Below, piece after piece: positions 40,607 to 50,244 of a stretch of DNA of 64,000 bases; position 1 is the first letter of the stretch; each line of letters begins with the position of its first letter. The notes under the pieces were generated by a model that saw only the letters and a program-made list of their open reading frames with translations, had not been told where the DNA came from and ran no database searches. Position numbers and translations under genes: made by a program. Source of the DNA: an uncultured Chloroflexia bacterium (GTDB taxonomy: Bacteria; Chloroflexota; Limnocylindria; Limnocylindrales; CSP1-4); contig CAWGBA010000004.1 of assembly GCA_963820735.1 (NCBI GenBank), positions 266,658 to 330,657 on the forward strand, read 5' to 3'.

Positions 40607-41005
40607 CTAGTCGCCGATCACGGCCCAGATGAAGCCCATGAATACGAACACGCCGGCGAACAGGCCGACGAGTGCGAGGCCGCCGATCTGCGTCTCGGTC
40701 TGGCTGCCCGCCTCGAGCCCGAGCAGGCTCATGCCGACGATCCAGGCGATCAGCAGGAACCCGAAGAGGTATTTCGCATTGATGCTGCCAATGGCGCGCC
40801 GCACCCACGCCGTGTAGCGACGATCCGGAATCAGCGCCAGCTTGAGGAAGAGGGCCACCATGCCAGCCGCAGCTGCCACGGCGGTCAGGAACGCGATCCA
40901 ATGCCCGTCCACGATGAGCTGCTGAAACGCCCCGTAGAGGCAGATCATCACGCCAAAGAAGATCAGGAAGCCGATCAGCGGGGCAAGCTTCGAAACGCGC
41001 TCCAT
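40607..41005 (-). CDS. Hypothetical 4-TM membrane protein
   Basis: Four hydrophobic segments and good codon bias. Confidence 0.7.
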   Translation of the reverse strand: MERVSKLAPLIGFLIFFGVMICLYGAFQQLIVDGHWIAFLTAVAAAAGMVALFLKLALIPDRRYTAWVRRAIGSINAKYLFGFLLIAWIVGMSLLGLEAGSQTETQIGGLALVGLFAGVFVFMGFIWAVIGD

Positions 41006-41126
41006 CGGTGCGGAGAATAGCAAAGGCACGAGTGACCTCGGCGCGTCGATGTCGACGGGGTATCATCCGCCGTCTATGCAGCCTGCATAGCCTTTATGCA
41101 CGAGTAGTCGCCATGGGAGGTGGCAC

Positions 41127-42716
41127 GTGAGCGAGACCGATCGGGCAGCCGGATCGGCGATCGAGGCGGCTCCCTTCGTGAACCCGCGCGACCCGTCGCG
41201 AGCCCTCGGGCCCGACGGCAATCCTGCCGTGTCCCGGCGCGCGCCCCGTTGGGCGGACGTGCCCGACGAGCAGTGGAACGACTGGCGCTGGCAGCTCTCC
41301 CACCGCGTGAACGATCTCGACGAGATCGAGGGGGTGCTCAACCTCACGGACGAGGAGCGCGACGGCCTGTCGGCACCCGACAAGTTCCGCGTCGACATCA
41401 CGCCGTACTTCATCAGCCTGATCGACCCCGACGATCCGGACGACCCGATCCGCCGCCAGGTGATCCCGCTCGGCCGGGAGCACGACGCCTTCACGGCGAT
41501 GATGGAGGACTCGCTCGCCGAGGACCGACACTCCCCGGTACCCGGGCTCGTGCATCGCTATCCCGACCGGGTGCTGATGCTGGTGACGACGCAGTGCGCG
41601 AGCTACTGCCGCTACTGCACTCGCTCACGAATCGTCGGTGACCCGACCCAGAACTTCAACCGGCGCGACCACGAGGCCCAGCTGGACTACCTGCGCCGCA
41701 CGCCCCAGGTGCGCGACGTGCTGATCTCCGGGGGCGATGGCCTGACGCTCGCGCCGAAGCTCCTCGAGACGATCATCCGGGGCATCCGCGAGATCCCGCA
41801 CATCGAGATCATCCGGATCGGCTCGCGCGTCCCGGTCTTTCTGCCCCAGCGGATCGACGACGAGCTGTGCGAGATGCTCGGGAACTACCACCCGATGTGG
41901 ATCAACCTCCATTTCAACCATCCGAACGAGATCACGCCCGAGGTCTCGCGGGCCGTCGACCGGCTGACGCGTGCCGGCATTCCGGTCGGCAACCAGTCGG
42001 TCCTGCTCGCCGGCGTGAACGACTGCGTGAACATCCAGCGCGCGCTGGTGCAGAAGCTCGTCGCGAACCGGATCCGGCCCTACTACCTCTACCAGTGCGA
42101 TCTGGTCGAAGGCTCAGGGCACTTCCGGACTCCGGTCGGCAAGGGGCTCGAGATCATCGAGGGACTGCGCGGGCACACGTCCGGGTATGCGGTCCCGACG
42201 TACGTCATCGATGCGCCCGGCGGCGGCGGCAAGATCCCGGTGATGCCCAACTACCTGATCAGCTACTCGGACCACAAGGTCGTGCTGCGCAATTACGAGG
42301 GCTACATCACGACCTACGAGGAGCCGCTGTCCTACGCCCAGCACGACAAGGCCACCTGTACCTACTGCCGGAACCCGCGACCCGAGCCGGGGCAGGCGGG
42401 CATCCACGGCCTGCTCCAGGGCGATCAGATGTGGATCGAGCCGGCCGCGTTCGAGCAGGTGCATGCCCGAGGCAACGTGGAGGCCCACCGGTTGCAACGC
42501 TCGGAGAAGTGGGTGCCGTACGGAGTCGGCGTGCTGGAGGGAACCGCACGGTCTCCGCTGCCGCAGATCGAGGCGAACGGGAACGGTGGCACGGCCCCCG
42601 CCACGGCGGCCGCCGGCACGGCGGATGGAGGCCCGAAGCCCGCGTACGGCCCGGGCGAGGAGCCGCGACCGCGTGAGGGCGAACCGTCAGCCTCGGCCCA
42701 TGGGGAGCTGCTTTAA
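41127..42716 (+). CDS. kamA: Lysine 2,3-aminomutase family radical SAM enzyme
   Basis: HRYPDRVL, CASYCRYC, SGGD, HFNHP, NQSVLL, PYYLYQCD, GHTSG, DAPGGGGKIPV. Confidence 0.93.
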   Translation: MSETDRAAGSAIEAAPFVNPRDPSRALGPDGNPAVSRRAPRWADVPDEQWNDWRWQLSHRVNDLDEIEGVLNLTDEERDGLSAPDKFRVDITPYFISLIDPDDPDDPIRRQVIPLGREHDAFTAMMEDSLAEDRHSPVPGLVHRYPDRVLMLVTTQCASYCRYCTRSRIVGDPTQNFNRRDHEAQLDYLRRTPQVRDVLISGGDGLTLAPKLLETIIRGIREIPHIEIIRIGSRVPVFLPQRIDDELCEMLGNYHPMWINLHFNHPNEITPEVSRAVDRLTRAGIPVGNQSVLLAGVNDCVNIQRALVQKLVANRIRPYYLYQCDLVEGSGHFRTPVGKGLEIIEGLRGHTSGYAVPTYVIDAPGGGGKIPVMPNYLISYSDHKVVLRNYEGYITTYEEPLSYAQHDKATCTYCRNPRPEPGQAGIHGLLQGDQMWIEPAAFEQVHARGNVEAHRLQRSEKWVPYGVGVLEGTARSPLPQIEANGNGGTAPATAAAGTADGGPKPAYGPGEEPRPREGEPSASAHGELL

Positions 42717-42759
42717 GCCTGGATACCGGCTATGGCGTCCACGGCTGGGTGCTGAAGGT

Positions 42760-44118
42760 TCAGGCAGCCAAGGCGAATAGCTGTCGCTCGCCTTCGATGC
42801 CCTTGAGGTGGTGGTAGCCGCGGTCATCGAACTGCAGCCCTGAGCCGGCCACGAGGTCGCGCACCGACGAGGAGATGAGCACCTCGCCGGGGTGCGCCTC
42901 CGCCGCAACGCGCGCTCCCAGATGAACGGCAATCCCGCGGATGTCGCCGCTCGGGAGCTCCTCGACTTCGCCCGTGTGCACGCCGGCGCGGATGGAAATG
43001 CCCAGCGGCGCAACCGCGTCGACGATGGCGTGCGCGGCGCGGATCGCCCGGGCCGGACCGTCGAAGACCGCGAGGAATCCGTCGCCGGCGGTGTTGACCT
43101 CCCGTCCGCGAAAACGTTGCAGCTCGTGACGAACGACCGCGTGATGGAGGTCGAGGAGCTCGCGCCAGCGACTGTCGCCGAGCGACGTGGCCATCTCGGT
43201 CGAGCCGACGATGTCGGTGAAGAGGACGGTCGCGAGGATGCGATCAGGCTCCGCTGCCTCGCGCGAGCCGGTCAGAAACTCGCGGATCTCTGCGATCACT
43301 CGATCCGGCTCGAACCAGGGCACGTGGTCTCCGCCCGCGAGCTCGAGATACCGGGCATTCGGCATGCGTGCAGCCAGCCAGCGCGCATTCTCGACGTGGC
43401 AGACCTGGTCGTCGACGGCGTGCAGGATCAGTGCGGGGACGTGAACGCTCGGCACCACACCACGGACGTCGATGTCGAAGGCCATGCGCGCGAACGCCTC
43501 CCACCCCGCCGGTGTCGCGGAGTTCCGCTGAAGCTTGCCCAGCCAGTGTTCGTACGCCGCCAGCGCCGGATCGTCGCGGAGCGACGGCACCCGAGCGAGC
43601 ATGTTGCCGCCCTTGCCCCAGCCCTGTGGGATGCGCGCCATTCGCGCTTCGAACTCCTCGGCCGTGCCTTCTCCCCATGGCCAGTCCGCGTCCGTGCGCT
43701 CACGGACCTCGCCGCCCTGGAGGATCAACGAGAGCGTCCGGTCGGGATGCGCCGCCGCGAAGAGAATCGCCAGCGGTCCGCCCTCCGACTCACCCATGAC
43801 CGCTGCTCGATCCGAACCGACGGCATCCATCACGGCGCGGATGTCGTCCATGCGAACTTCGAGCGGTGTCGTGCCCGGCACCCGATCCGACAGACCCATG
43901 CCGCGCTTGTCGAAGATCAGGACGCGGGTGAACTCGCCCAGCCGTTCCAGGTAACGCCGGTATGCCGGCAGCTCCCACAGGACATCGAGATTCGTATACG
44001 CGCCCTCGATGTACACGAGGTCCGTGGGACCGTCCCCGATCACGCGGTAGGCAACATTCACCTCGCCGCTGGTCGCGAACATGACCTCGGAAGCGGGAAC
44101 CGATCCGCCGCTCGTCAC
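42760..44118 (-). CDS. Alpha/beta hydrolase-adenylate/guanylate cyclase fusion (LipJ-like)
   Basis: FDKRGMGLSD, GESEGG, LFTDIVGST, GDGFLAVF, RAGVHTGE, GIAVHLGARV, LKG. Confidence 0.92.
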   Translation of the reverse strand: MTSGGSVPASEVMFATSGEVNVAYRVIGDGPTDLVYIEGAYTNLDVLWELPAYRRYLERLGEFTRVLIFDKRGMGLSDRVPGTTPLEVRMDDIRAVMDAVGSDRAAVMGESEGGPLAILFAAAHPDRTLSLILQGGEVRERTDADWPWGEGTAEEFEARMARIPQGWGKGGNMLARVPSLRDDPALAAYEHWLGKLQRNSATPAGWEAFARMAFDIDVRGVVPSVHVPALILHAVDDQVCHVENARWLAARMPNARYLELAGGDHVPWFEPDRVIAEIREFLTGSREAAEPDRILATVLFTDIVGSTEMATSLGDSRWRELLDLHHAVVRHELQRFRGREVNTAGDGFLAVFDGPARAIRAAHAIVDAVAPLGISIRAGVHTGEVEELPSGDIRGIAVHLGARVAAEAHPGEVLISSSVRDLVAGSGLQFDDRGYHHLKGIEGERQLFALAA

Positions 44119-44167
44119 GCGTGCATTGTGTCCCCGCGGTATGGAGCCTCGCGGTAGCCTGAGCGCC

Positions 44168-44575
44168 ATGGGTTTCCTGCGACGGTTCTTCGGATCGGGC
44201 TCTGGCGAGGCAGACGCGCAAAGCGCGATGTCGGACGACGACGACGGCGAGGAGCTTCCCGACGACCGGGCACGCGTCACCGCGTGGATCCGGCTCGGCG
44301 ACGCGAGCTTCACCAACGAGCGCGAACAGCAGCGCGTTTTCCAGCTCGAGAACCGCATCATCAAGGCGGTCGAAGAAGCTGGTGCGGGCACCTACGACAC
44401 GAACGAGCTGCAGAACGGCGCGTTCGGCATGCGCCTGGTGGGGGACACGGAGAGGCTGCTCGAAGTCGTGCGTCCCCTGCTGAAAGACGAGCCCACCGGG
44501 TCATACCTGACGGTCAGGCCGGCGGGCCCGAACGCGTCCGAGGAGCGCGTCGAAATCGATGAGGCGGCCGGGTGA
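44168..44575 (+). CDS. Hypothetical protein
   Basis: MGFLRRFFG... with strong GC3 bias. Confidence 0.65.
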   Translation: MGFLRRFFGSGSGEADAQSAMSDDDDGEELPDDRARVTAWIRLGDASFTNEREQQRVFQLENRIIKAVEEAGAGTYDTNELQNGAFGMRLVGDTERLLEVVRPLLKDEPTGSYLTVRPAGPNASEERVEIDEAAG

Positions 44576-44979
44576 CGGACGACACGAGGGCGCCTGGTGC
44601 GATGACCGCGTTCGACGAGGACGTCATTGAGCGCCTGAACGCCGAGCTCGAGGTCGACATCGAGAGCTGGCGCGGCGAGAACGTCGGACCGCGCCGCACC
44701 ACGATCTGGATCGTGGCCGTCGACGGCGCTCCGTACGTGCGATCGATCTTCGGTGACCGCGGACGGTGGTTCGCGGACCTCATGCTCGAGCCGCATGGTG
44801 CCGTTCATGTCGGCGGCCGGCAGCTCCCCGTTCGAGCGGAGCTCGTGGACGCGAGCGAAACCGACGTCCTCGATGCTGTTTCCGGCGCGTTCTCGCGCAA
44901 GTACGAGGGCGATCCAGACCTCGCCGGCGTGCTCACGCCCGTTGCAGTCGGCGCGACGTTGCGCTTCCTGCCTCGATGA
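44572..44979 (+). CDS. DUF2255 / split-barrel nitroreductase-like protein
   Basis: RRTTIWIVAVDGAPYVRS..GRWF...AFSRKY...ATLRFLP. Confidence 0.7.
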   Translation: MTDDTRAPGAMTAFDEDVIERLNAELEVDIESWRGENVGPRRTTIWIVAVDGAPYVRSIFGDRGRWFADLMLEPHGAVHVGGRQLPVRAELVDASETDVLDAVSGAFSRKYEGDPDLAGVLTPVAVGATLRFLPR

Positions 44980-46931
44980 TCACTGCCCGGGGTCCGCGCA
45001 CGACCACGTGCGCGTCGCGGGTTGTCGCGTTTGTCGCGATTTGTGTCGCATTCCTGCTCGGCGGAACCGTCTCGACGGTGAATGCGGCCGCCCAACCGGT
45101 CGTGCCGGTTGCGGCGACCGCGTTCCTGCGCGTCGACCAACTCGGCTTCCTCGCGGCTGAGAAGAAGATCGCCTGGCTCCTTGCCCCTACGGACGAAACG
45201 GGCCTTGCGTTCCGCGTCGTACGTGGCGACGGCAGAACGGTCGAGCGCGGGACGGCCCGCGCCAGCCGTGGGCCTTGGAACGGAACCTTCGGCGCCGTCA
45301 ATCCGCTGGTCTTCACCGATCTCCGCGCGGCCGGCCGGTACCGCGTCGAGGTGCCGTCACTTGGCATCGGATCGCCGTGGTTCTCGATCGGGACCGCGCA
45401 CCAGCTGTTCGCCCCGCGCGTTGCCGACGCCGTCGACTTCTTCCAGGCGCAACGAGACGGGAGTGACGTCATCTCCGGACCGCTGCACCGCAAGCCGTCG
45501 CATCTCAACGATGCCAACGCTGCGCTCTATGCGTGGCCCACCTACGAGAGTCCTGACAGCGACGTCATCGTGGGCTCATCGCTGAAGCAACTCGCGGGCG
45601 ACGTCGACCTCGAGGGTGGCTGGTTCGACGCTGGCGACTTCCTCAAGTTCACGCACACGACGGCATATGCGGTCGTGCTGATGTTCGCCGCCGTTCGCGC
45701 GATGGGGGATGCCGCGCCGGCCTCTCTCCTTGCCGAAGCGCGGTTCGGCCTCGACTGGCTGCGGAAGGCCTGGGATCCGAAACAGGGCGTCCTCTACCTG
45801 CAGGTCGGGATCGGATCGGGCAACCAGCAGGGCACGTTCAACGGCGACCACGACCTGTGGCGGCTCCCAGAACGCGACGACTCGCTGGCCGGTTCAACCA
45901 ACCGCTACCTGCGCAACCGCCCGGCCTTCCGCGCCAACGATCCGGGAACGCCGTTGCCACCCAATCTCGCGGGACGAGTCGCGGCCGCGTTCGCACTGGC
46001 TGCACAGGTCGACGCCGCATCCCTCCCAGCGCGCGCCCGCTCCGAGTTGTCCACGGCCGAAGCCATCTACACGGCAGCGAAGAAAACGAACGTGACGGCA
46101 GCGGACGTCGTCACGGCGTTGCCGCACGCGTTCTACCCCGAGTCGTCGTGGCGCGACGACCTGGAGCTGGCGACAGCCGAGATCACGCGCGGCGAGGAAC
46201 GGCTCGGCCACGGTGGCGAGATCGCCCGCCATTGGCTTGGACCGGCCTCGCACTGGGCGATCAAGTACCTGGAGCACGAGGCGGGCCATGACACGCTCAA
46301 CCTCTACGACACAAGCGCGCTTGCCCACGCTGACCTGATCGACGCACTCCACGTGGCCGAAGTGAACGGGCACACGCTCGAGCACGAGCTACTCGCTGAT
46401 CTTCGCGAACAGCTCGATGCGGCGCAACAGCGGGCCAAGTCGGATCCGTTCCGGGCAGGCGCGGTCTACTCGGACTTCGACGCCGTCGCCCACACGTTCG
46501 GCCTCGTGACCACCGCCGCGCTGTACCAACGGCTGACCGGCTCTCATCGCTACGAGTCGTTCGCCACCGCACAGCGCGACTGGGCGCTGGGCGCCAATCC
46601 GTGGGGTGTGTCGATGATGGTCGGCGTCGGGACCACGTTCCCTGACTGCATGCAGCACGTCGTGGCGAACCTGTCGGGCAGCGTCGACGGGACACCGCCG
46701 ATCGTGCGCGGCGCGGTCGTGAACGGCCCGAACGACGAGGCGCTCTTCAAGGGTGGCTTGGGCGAGTTCTTCGACAACGGCAGGACGTGCCCGGCCAATG
46801 GCGTCGACCGTTATCGCCAGTTCACCGGCCATGGCAGCCGATTTGTCGACGACGTTCGCTCGTGGCAGACCGTCGAACCGTCGCTCGACTTCACGGCCAT
46901 CGCGCTGCTGGCGTTCGCGCTCTCCTCGTGA
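44976..46931 (+). CDS. Secreted glycoside hydrolase family 9 with N-terminal Ig-like domain
   Basis: RVDQLGF, GGWFDAGDFLKF, GANPWGVSMMVGVG, GAVVNGP, TVEPSLDFTA. Confidence 0.9.
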   Translation: MITARGPRTTTCASRVVAFVAICVAFLLGGTVSTVNAAAQPVVPVAATAFLRVDQLGFLAAEKKIAWLLAPTDETGLAFRVVRGDGRTVERGTARASRGPWNGTFGAVNPLVFTDLRAAGRYRVEVPSLGIGSPWFSIGTAHQLFAPRVADAVDFFQAQRDGSDVISGPLHRKPSHLNDANAALYAWPTYESPDSDVIVGSSLKQLAGDVDLEGGWFDAGDFLKFTHTTAYAVVLMFAAVRAMGDAAPASLLAEARFGLDWLRKAWDPKQGVLYLQVGIGSGNQQGTFNGDHDLWRLPERDDSLAGSTNRYLRNRPAFRANDPGTPLPPNLAGRVAAAFALAAQVDAASLPARARSELSTAEAIYTAAKKTNVTAADVVTALPHAFYPESSWRDDLELATAEITRGEERLGHGGEIARHWLGPASHWAIKYLEHEAGHDTLNLYDTSALAHADLIDALHVAEVNGHTLEHELLADLREQLDAAQQRAKSDPFRAGAVYSDFDAVAHTFGLVTTAALYQRLTGSHRYESFATAQRDWALGANPWGVSMMVGVGTTFPDCMQHVVANLSGSVDGTPPIVRGAVVNGPNDEALFKGGLGEFFDNGRTCPANGVDRYRQFTGHGSRFVDDVRSWQTVEPSLDFTAIALLAFALSS

Positions 46932-48340
46932 CGTCGCCGACGCAAACATCGGCAGAAGAACCATTCGCGCTCGAAGGCTCGAGCGCAGGCGCTGACCAGG
47001 TCGATGCGGCGCTCGAGGCAACCCGCGCGGTCGCGAACCTGACCGCGGCCGCCGCGGCCGCAACAGCGGCGTCGGCGGACCAACACGCGACGGCGGACCT
47101 GCCGCTTCGTCGCAATCGCGACTTCCGGATCGTGCTCGGTGGTCAGACGGTTTCCGCTTTCGGCGACGCTGTCACGTTCACCGCCATGCCGCTACTCGTG
47201 CTCGCGATCACGGGCTCGGGCATCGCCATGGGCCTCGTCGGGGCGCTTCAGACGATCCCGGATCTCATCCTTGGGCTTCCCGCGGGAGCGATCGCGGATC
47301 GCTGGGATCGCCGCAAGCTGATGCTCTGGGCGGACGCGGGACGCGCCCTGCTCACCGCGTTGATCCCGATCGCCGTCCTTGCCGGCTGGAACACGATGGT
47401 CGTGATCGTGCTCGTCACGGCCCCGATCAACGCACTCCGCGTCCTCTTCATGGCGGGCTTCTCATCGTCCGTTCCGAGCCTCGTCGGCCGATCGCAGGTG
47501 GCTCGTGCGAACGGCACGATCGAGGCGATCCTCAGCCTCAGCTTCATCGCGGGTCCCGCGCTCGCCGGCATCCTCGTCGGCACGATCGGGGCCGGCCAGA
47601 CCCTCGCGATCGACGCGGTCTCGTTTGCCGTCTCGGCGGCCTCGTTGAGCCTCGTGCGGCGACCGCTGCAGGCTGCACGCCTGGGCCCACGCGATACGCA
47701 CTTCATCGCCGACATCGTCGAGGGCCTCCGGTTCGTGATCCATCAACGGACCCTGCGGACGGTGATCACCTACTGGAGCGCGACATCGGTCGTGGCTGCG
47801 TCGCTCACCAACGCGCTGATCTACCTGCTGACGATCGACCAGCACGCCACGCCCCAGATCGCTCGGCGTGATCCTCTCGGCCTACGGGTTCGGCTACACC
47901 GGCGGTGCCGTCCTGGCCGGTGCGATCTCACGGCGGCGCCTGGGGCTGACGATGCTCGTCGCCAACACCGCGAACGGGCGCGTGCGTTGTCGTTGTCGCC
48001 CTCGTCCACGAGCCACTCATCCAGGCGGTCGTCGCGGTGATCGCCGGAGTCGCCAACGCGCAGGTCCTCATCAGCTATGTGACGTTGCGCGCGACGATCC
48101 CACCGGACGAGCTGCTCGGTCGCGTCGGAAGCACGGCCCGGATGCTTGTCGATCGGCCTCACGCCCATCGGCGTCTTCCTGGGTGGCGTGCTCCTGGAAT
48201 CGATCGGCGGGTCGGCGACGCTGGCTGCTGATCGGCGCGCGGCGTGTTGGCGCTGACTGCCGTGTTCGCGTTCTCCGCCACGCAACGAGGAGCGGTTGCG
48301 GGGCCAGCGCATCAGACGAGTGCCGCTGGCAGCGTGTGAT
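46928..48340 (+). CDS. MFS transporter (frameshifted; 3' end approximate)
   Basis: RNRDFR, GAIADRWDRRKLM, IAGPALAG, PDELLGRV. Confidence 0.85.
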
Positions 48341-48393
48341 AGCCTCGCGCTCCCAGATCCACCCGCCTGAGTCTCGGGAGTCGAAAACCGTCC

Positions 48394-48810
48394 GTGCTCG
48401 TCCTTCGCGAAGTCGCAGGCCTGCCCGACCCGAACGTCCAGCCGCCCATCGTGGCCGAGCTGGGTGATCCGTTCGCGGAGCTTCGTGTCGTGCACCTGAT
48501 CGCGCGCCTGCCGATGGGCATCAACCATCGCGTCCGCGACCTGGTCGACGAGCTCAACCACGAGTACGTCGATTGGTCGTTCTCTCGCTCGGTCGTGATC
48601 GGCGCGGTCGTCCAGCTCCAGGCGAACTGGATGGTCGACTACCGCAACAGCAACGGCATCGAGCTGACCGATGGGCTGGCCGGGCCGGAGCTGCGGATCG
48701 AGGACTCACCGCGGGTGGAGCCGTGGATGCTGCGGCAGGCGGACCGCTTGGCCTGCGCGTGTACCGAGCGTCTCCGCGCGTTTGCGGTCGAAGAGGGCGC
48801 GCTTCCCTAG
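48394..48810 (+). CDS. Hypothetical protein
   Basis: Open frame with host-like codon usage; no motif recognised. Confidence 0.6.
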   Translation: MLVLREVAGLPDPNVQPPIVAELGDPFAELRVVHLIARLPMGINHRVRDLVDELNHEYVDWSFSRSVVIGAVVQLQANWMVDYRNSNGIELTDGLAGPELRIEDSPRVEPWMLRQADRLACACTERLRAFAVEEGALP

Positions 48811-48933
48811 CGGAAGTCGATCCGCTCCATCCGTCCGCTGCGGCGGCGGCGCGCCACTCGCCCAGACGTTCCTTCACTCCGCCGTGCCGTCGCGCCCCGT
48901 CGCCGGCACGCCACTCCCCAGGAGACACGACCC

Positions 48934-49815
48934 ATGGTTGACGCTACCCAGACCCGAGACGACGCACCCGCAGGGGTTCCCGGCTACTCCAGCGACACCG
49001 CGCTGGTCAGCCCCGAGTGGGCGCAGCAGCATTTGAACGATCCGAACGTGCGCTTCGTCGAAGTGGACGTCGACACGGCCGCGTACGAGCAGAGCCACCT
49101 GCCCGGCGCTGTTGGCTGGAACTGGACCAGCCAGCTTGCCGACGGTATCCGCCGCGACATCGCCTCGCCCGACGACCTGTCCAAGCTGCTGAGCCAGTCC
49201 GGAATCGGCCCGGACACGCACATCGTGCTGTACGGCGACAACAACAACTGGTTTGCGGCGTGGGCCTATTGGCAGCTCCGGCTGCACGGCATCACGAACG
49301 TGAGCATCCTCAACGGCGGCAGGCGTTACTGGTTGGACAACGGCCTGCCGGTGACCACCGACCTGCCCTCCTACGCCGCGACGAACTACCAGGTCAACGG
49401 TCCCGATTACTCGCTGCGGGCCTTCCGCGACGACATCCTGCCGCGTCTCGGCGACCCGGGCTTCACGCTCGTTGATGTCCGCTCACCTGCCGAGTTCAAC
49501 GGCGAGGTGATTGCGCCTCCCGGCATGACCGAGACCGCTCAGCGGGCCGGTCACATCCCGGGTGCGCAGTCGATCCCCTGGGCGCAGACGGTCAAGGAGG
49601 ACGGGACGTTCAAGGACGCGCCGGACCTGCGGGCCCTGTACGAGGCCAAGGGAGTGACCGCCGACAAGGACGTGATCGCCTACTGCCGCATCGGTGAGCG
49701 TTCGAGCCACTCGTGGTTCGTGCTGCACGAGCTTCTCGGCTATCCCAACGTCCGCAACTACGACGGTTCGTGGACGGAGTGGGGCTCCATGGTCAACGTC
49801 CCGATCGAAAAGTAG
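48934..49815 (+). CDS. Tandem-domain sulfurtransferase (rhodanese, CysA/SseA-like)
   Basis: LVSPEW, HLPGA, YGDNNNWFAAW, DVRSPAEF, GHIPGA, YCRIGERS, NYDGSWTEWG. Confidence 0.93.
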   Translation: MVDATQTRDDAPAGVPGYSSDTALVSPEWAQQHLNDPNVRFVEVDVDTAAYEQSHLPGAVGWNWTSQLADGIRRDIASPDDLSKLLSQSGIGPDTHIVLYGDNNNWFAAWAYWQLRLHGITNVSILNGGRRYWLDNGLPVTTDLPSYAATNYQVNGPDYSLRAFRDDILPRLGDPGFTLVDVRSPAEFNGEVIAPPGMTETAQRAGHIPGAQSIPWAQTVKEDGTFKDAPDLRALYEAKGVTADKDVIAYCRIGERSSHSWFVLHELLGYPNVRNYDGSWTEWGSMVNVPIEK

Positions 49816-49854
49816 GCGTCTGCGGCGGCGTGACGCCTTCGCCTGTTCTTCAGC

Positions 49855-49886
49855 GCCCGGTCGAGTAATCGACCGGGCATCTTCTT
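49855..49886 (+). terminator. Intrinsic terminator
   Basis: GCCCGGTCGA-GTAA-TCGACCGGGC-ATCTTCTT. Confidence 0.7.
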
Positions 49887-49949
49887 CGACCAATCGTCAT
49901 CGCCGGGACCCGGGTCGGGTATGTTCGCGGCCCGGGCAGACCTGGCCGC

Positions 49950-50136
49950 CCTGTCACATCGGTCGGTTCTGGCCGCCGGTGCGACGGACGATCCTTGCAT
50001 TCCGGCACACCGCCGCAATAGCTGACGGACACGTCGCCATCCCGAGCCGCGCGCGTGCGTTCATCCCTTGCGGCCTGCGGCCGCTTTGACGGAACCTCTC
50101 TGGTCATGGCCGACCAGAAATGGCCGACCTGACAGG
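49950..50136. mobile_element. MITE-like element with imperfect ~28-bp terminal inverted repeats
   Basis: CCTGTCACATCGGTCGGTTCTGGCCGCC vs right-end reverse complement CCTGTCAGGTCGGCCATTTCTGGTCGGCC; no TSD seen. Confidence 0.5.
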
Positions 50137-50244
50137 AACCCATCACCGGCGCCGGACGGTGAGGACAGGATCAGGCGCGCACAAGGGCTTTGGGTGCTGC
50201 CGAGTCGCGAGTAGGCGCTCCGTCGCGAAGCCGGCGGCGCAGAG

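Noticed and set aside
33900-42716. Pyrrolysine recoding (in-frame TAG plus a radical SAM lysine mutase)
   Set aside because: The enzyme is PLP-dependent KamA, not PylB; no pylTSCD seen.
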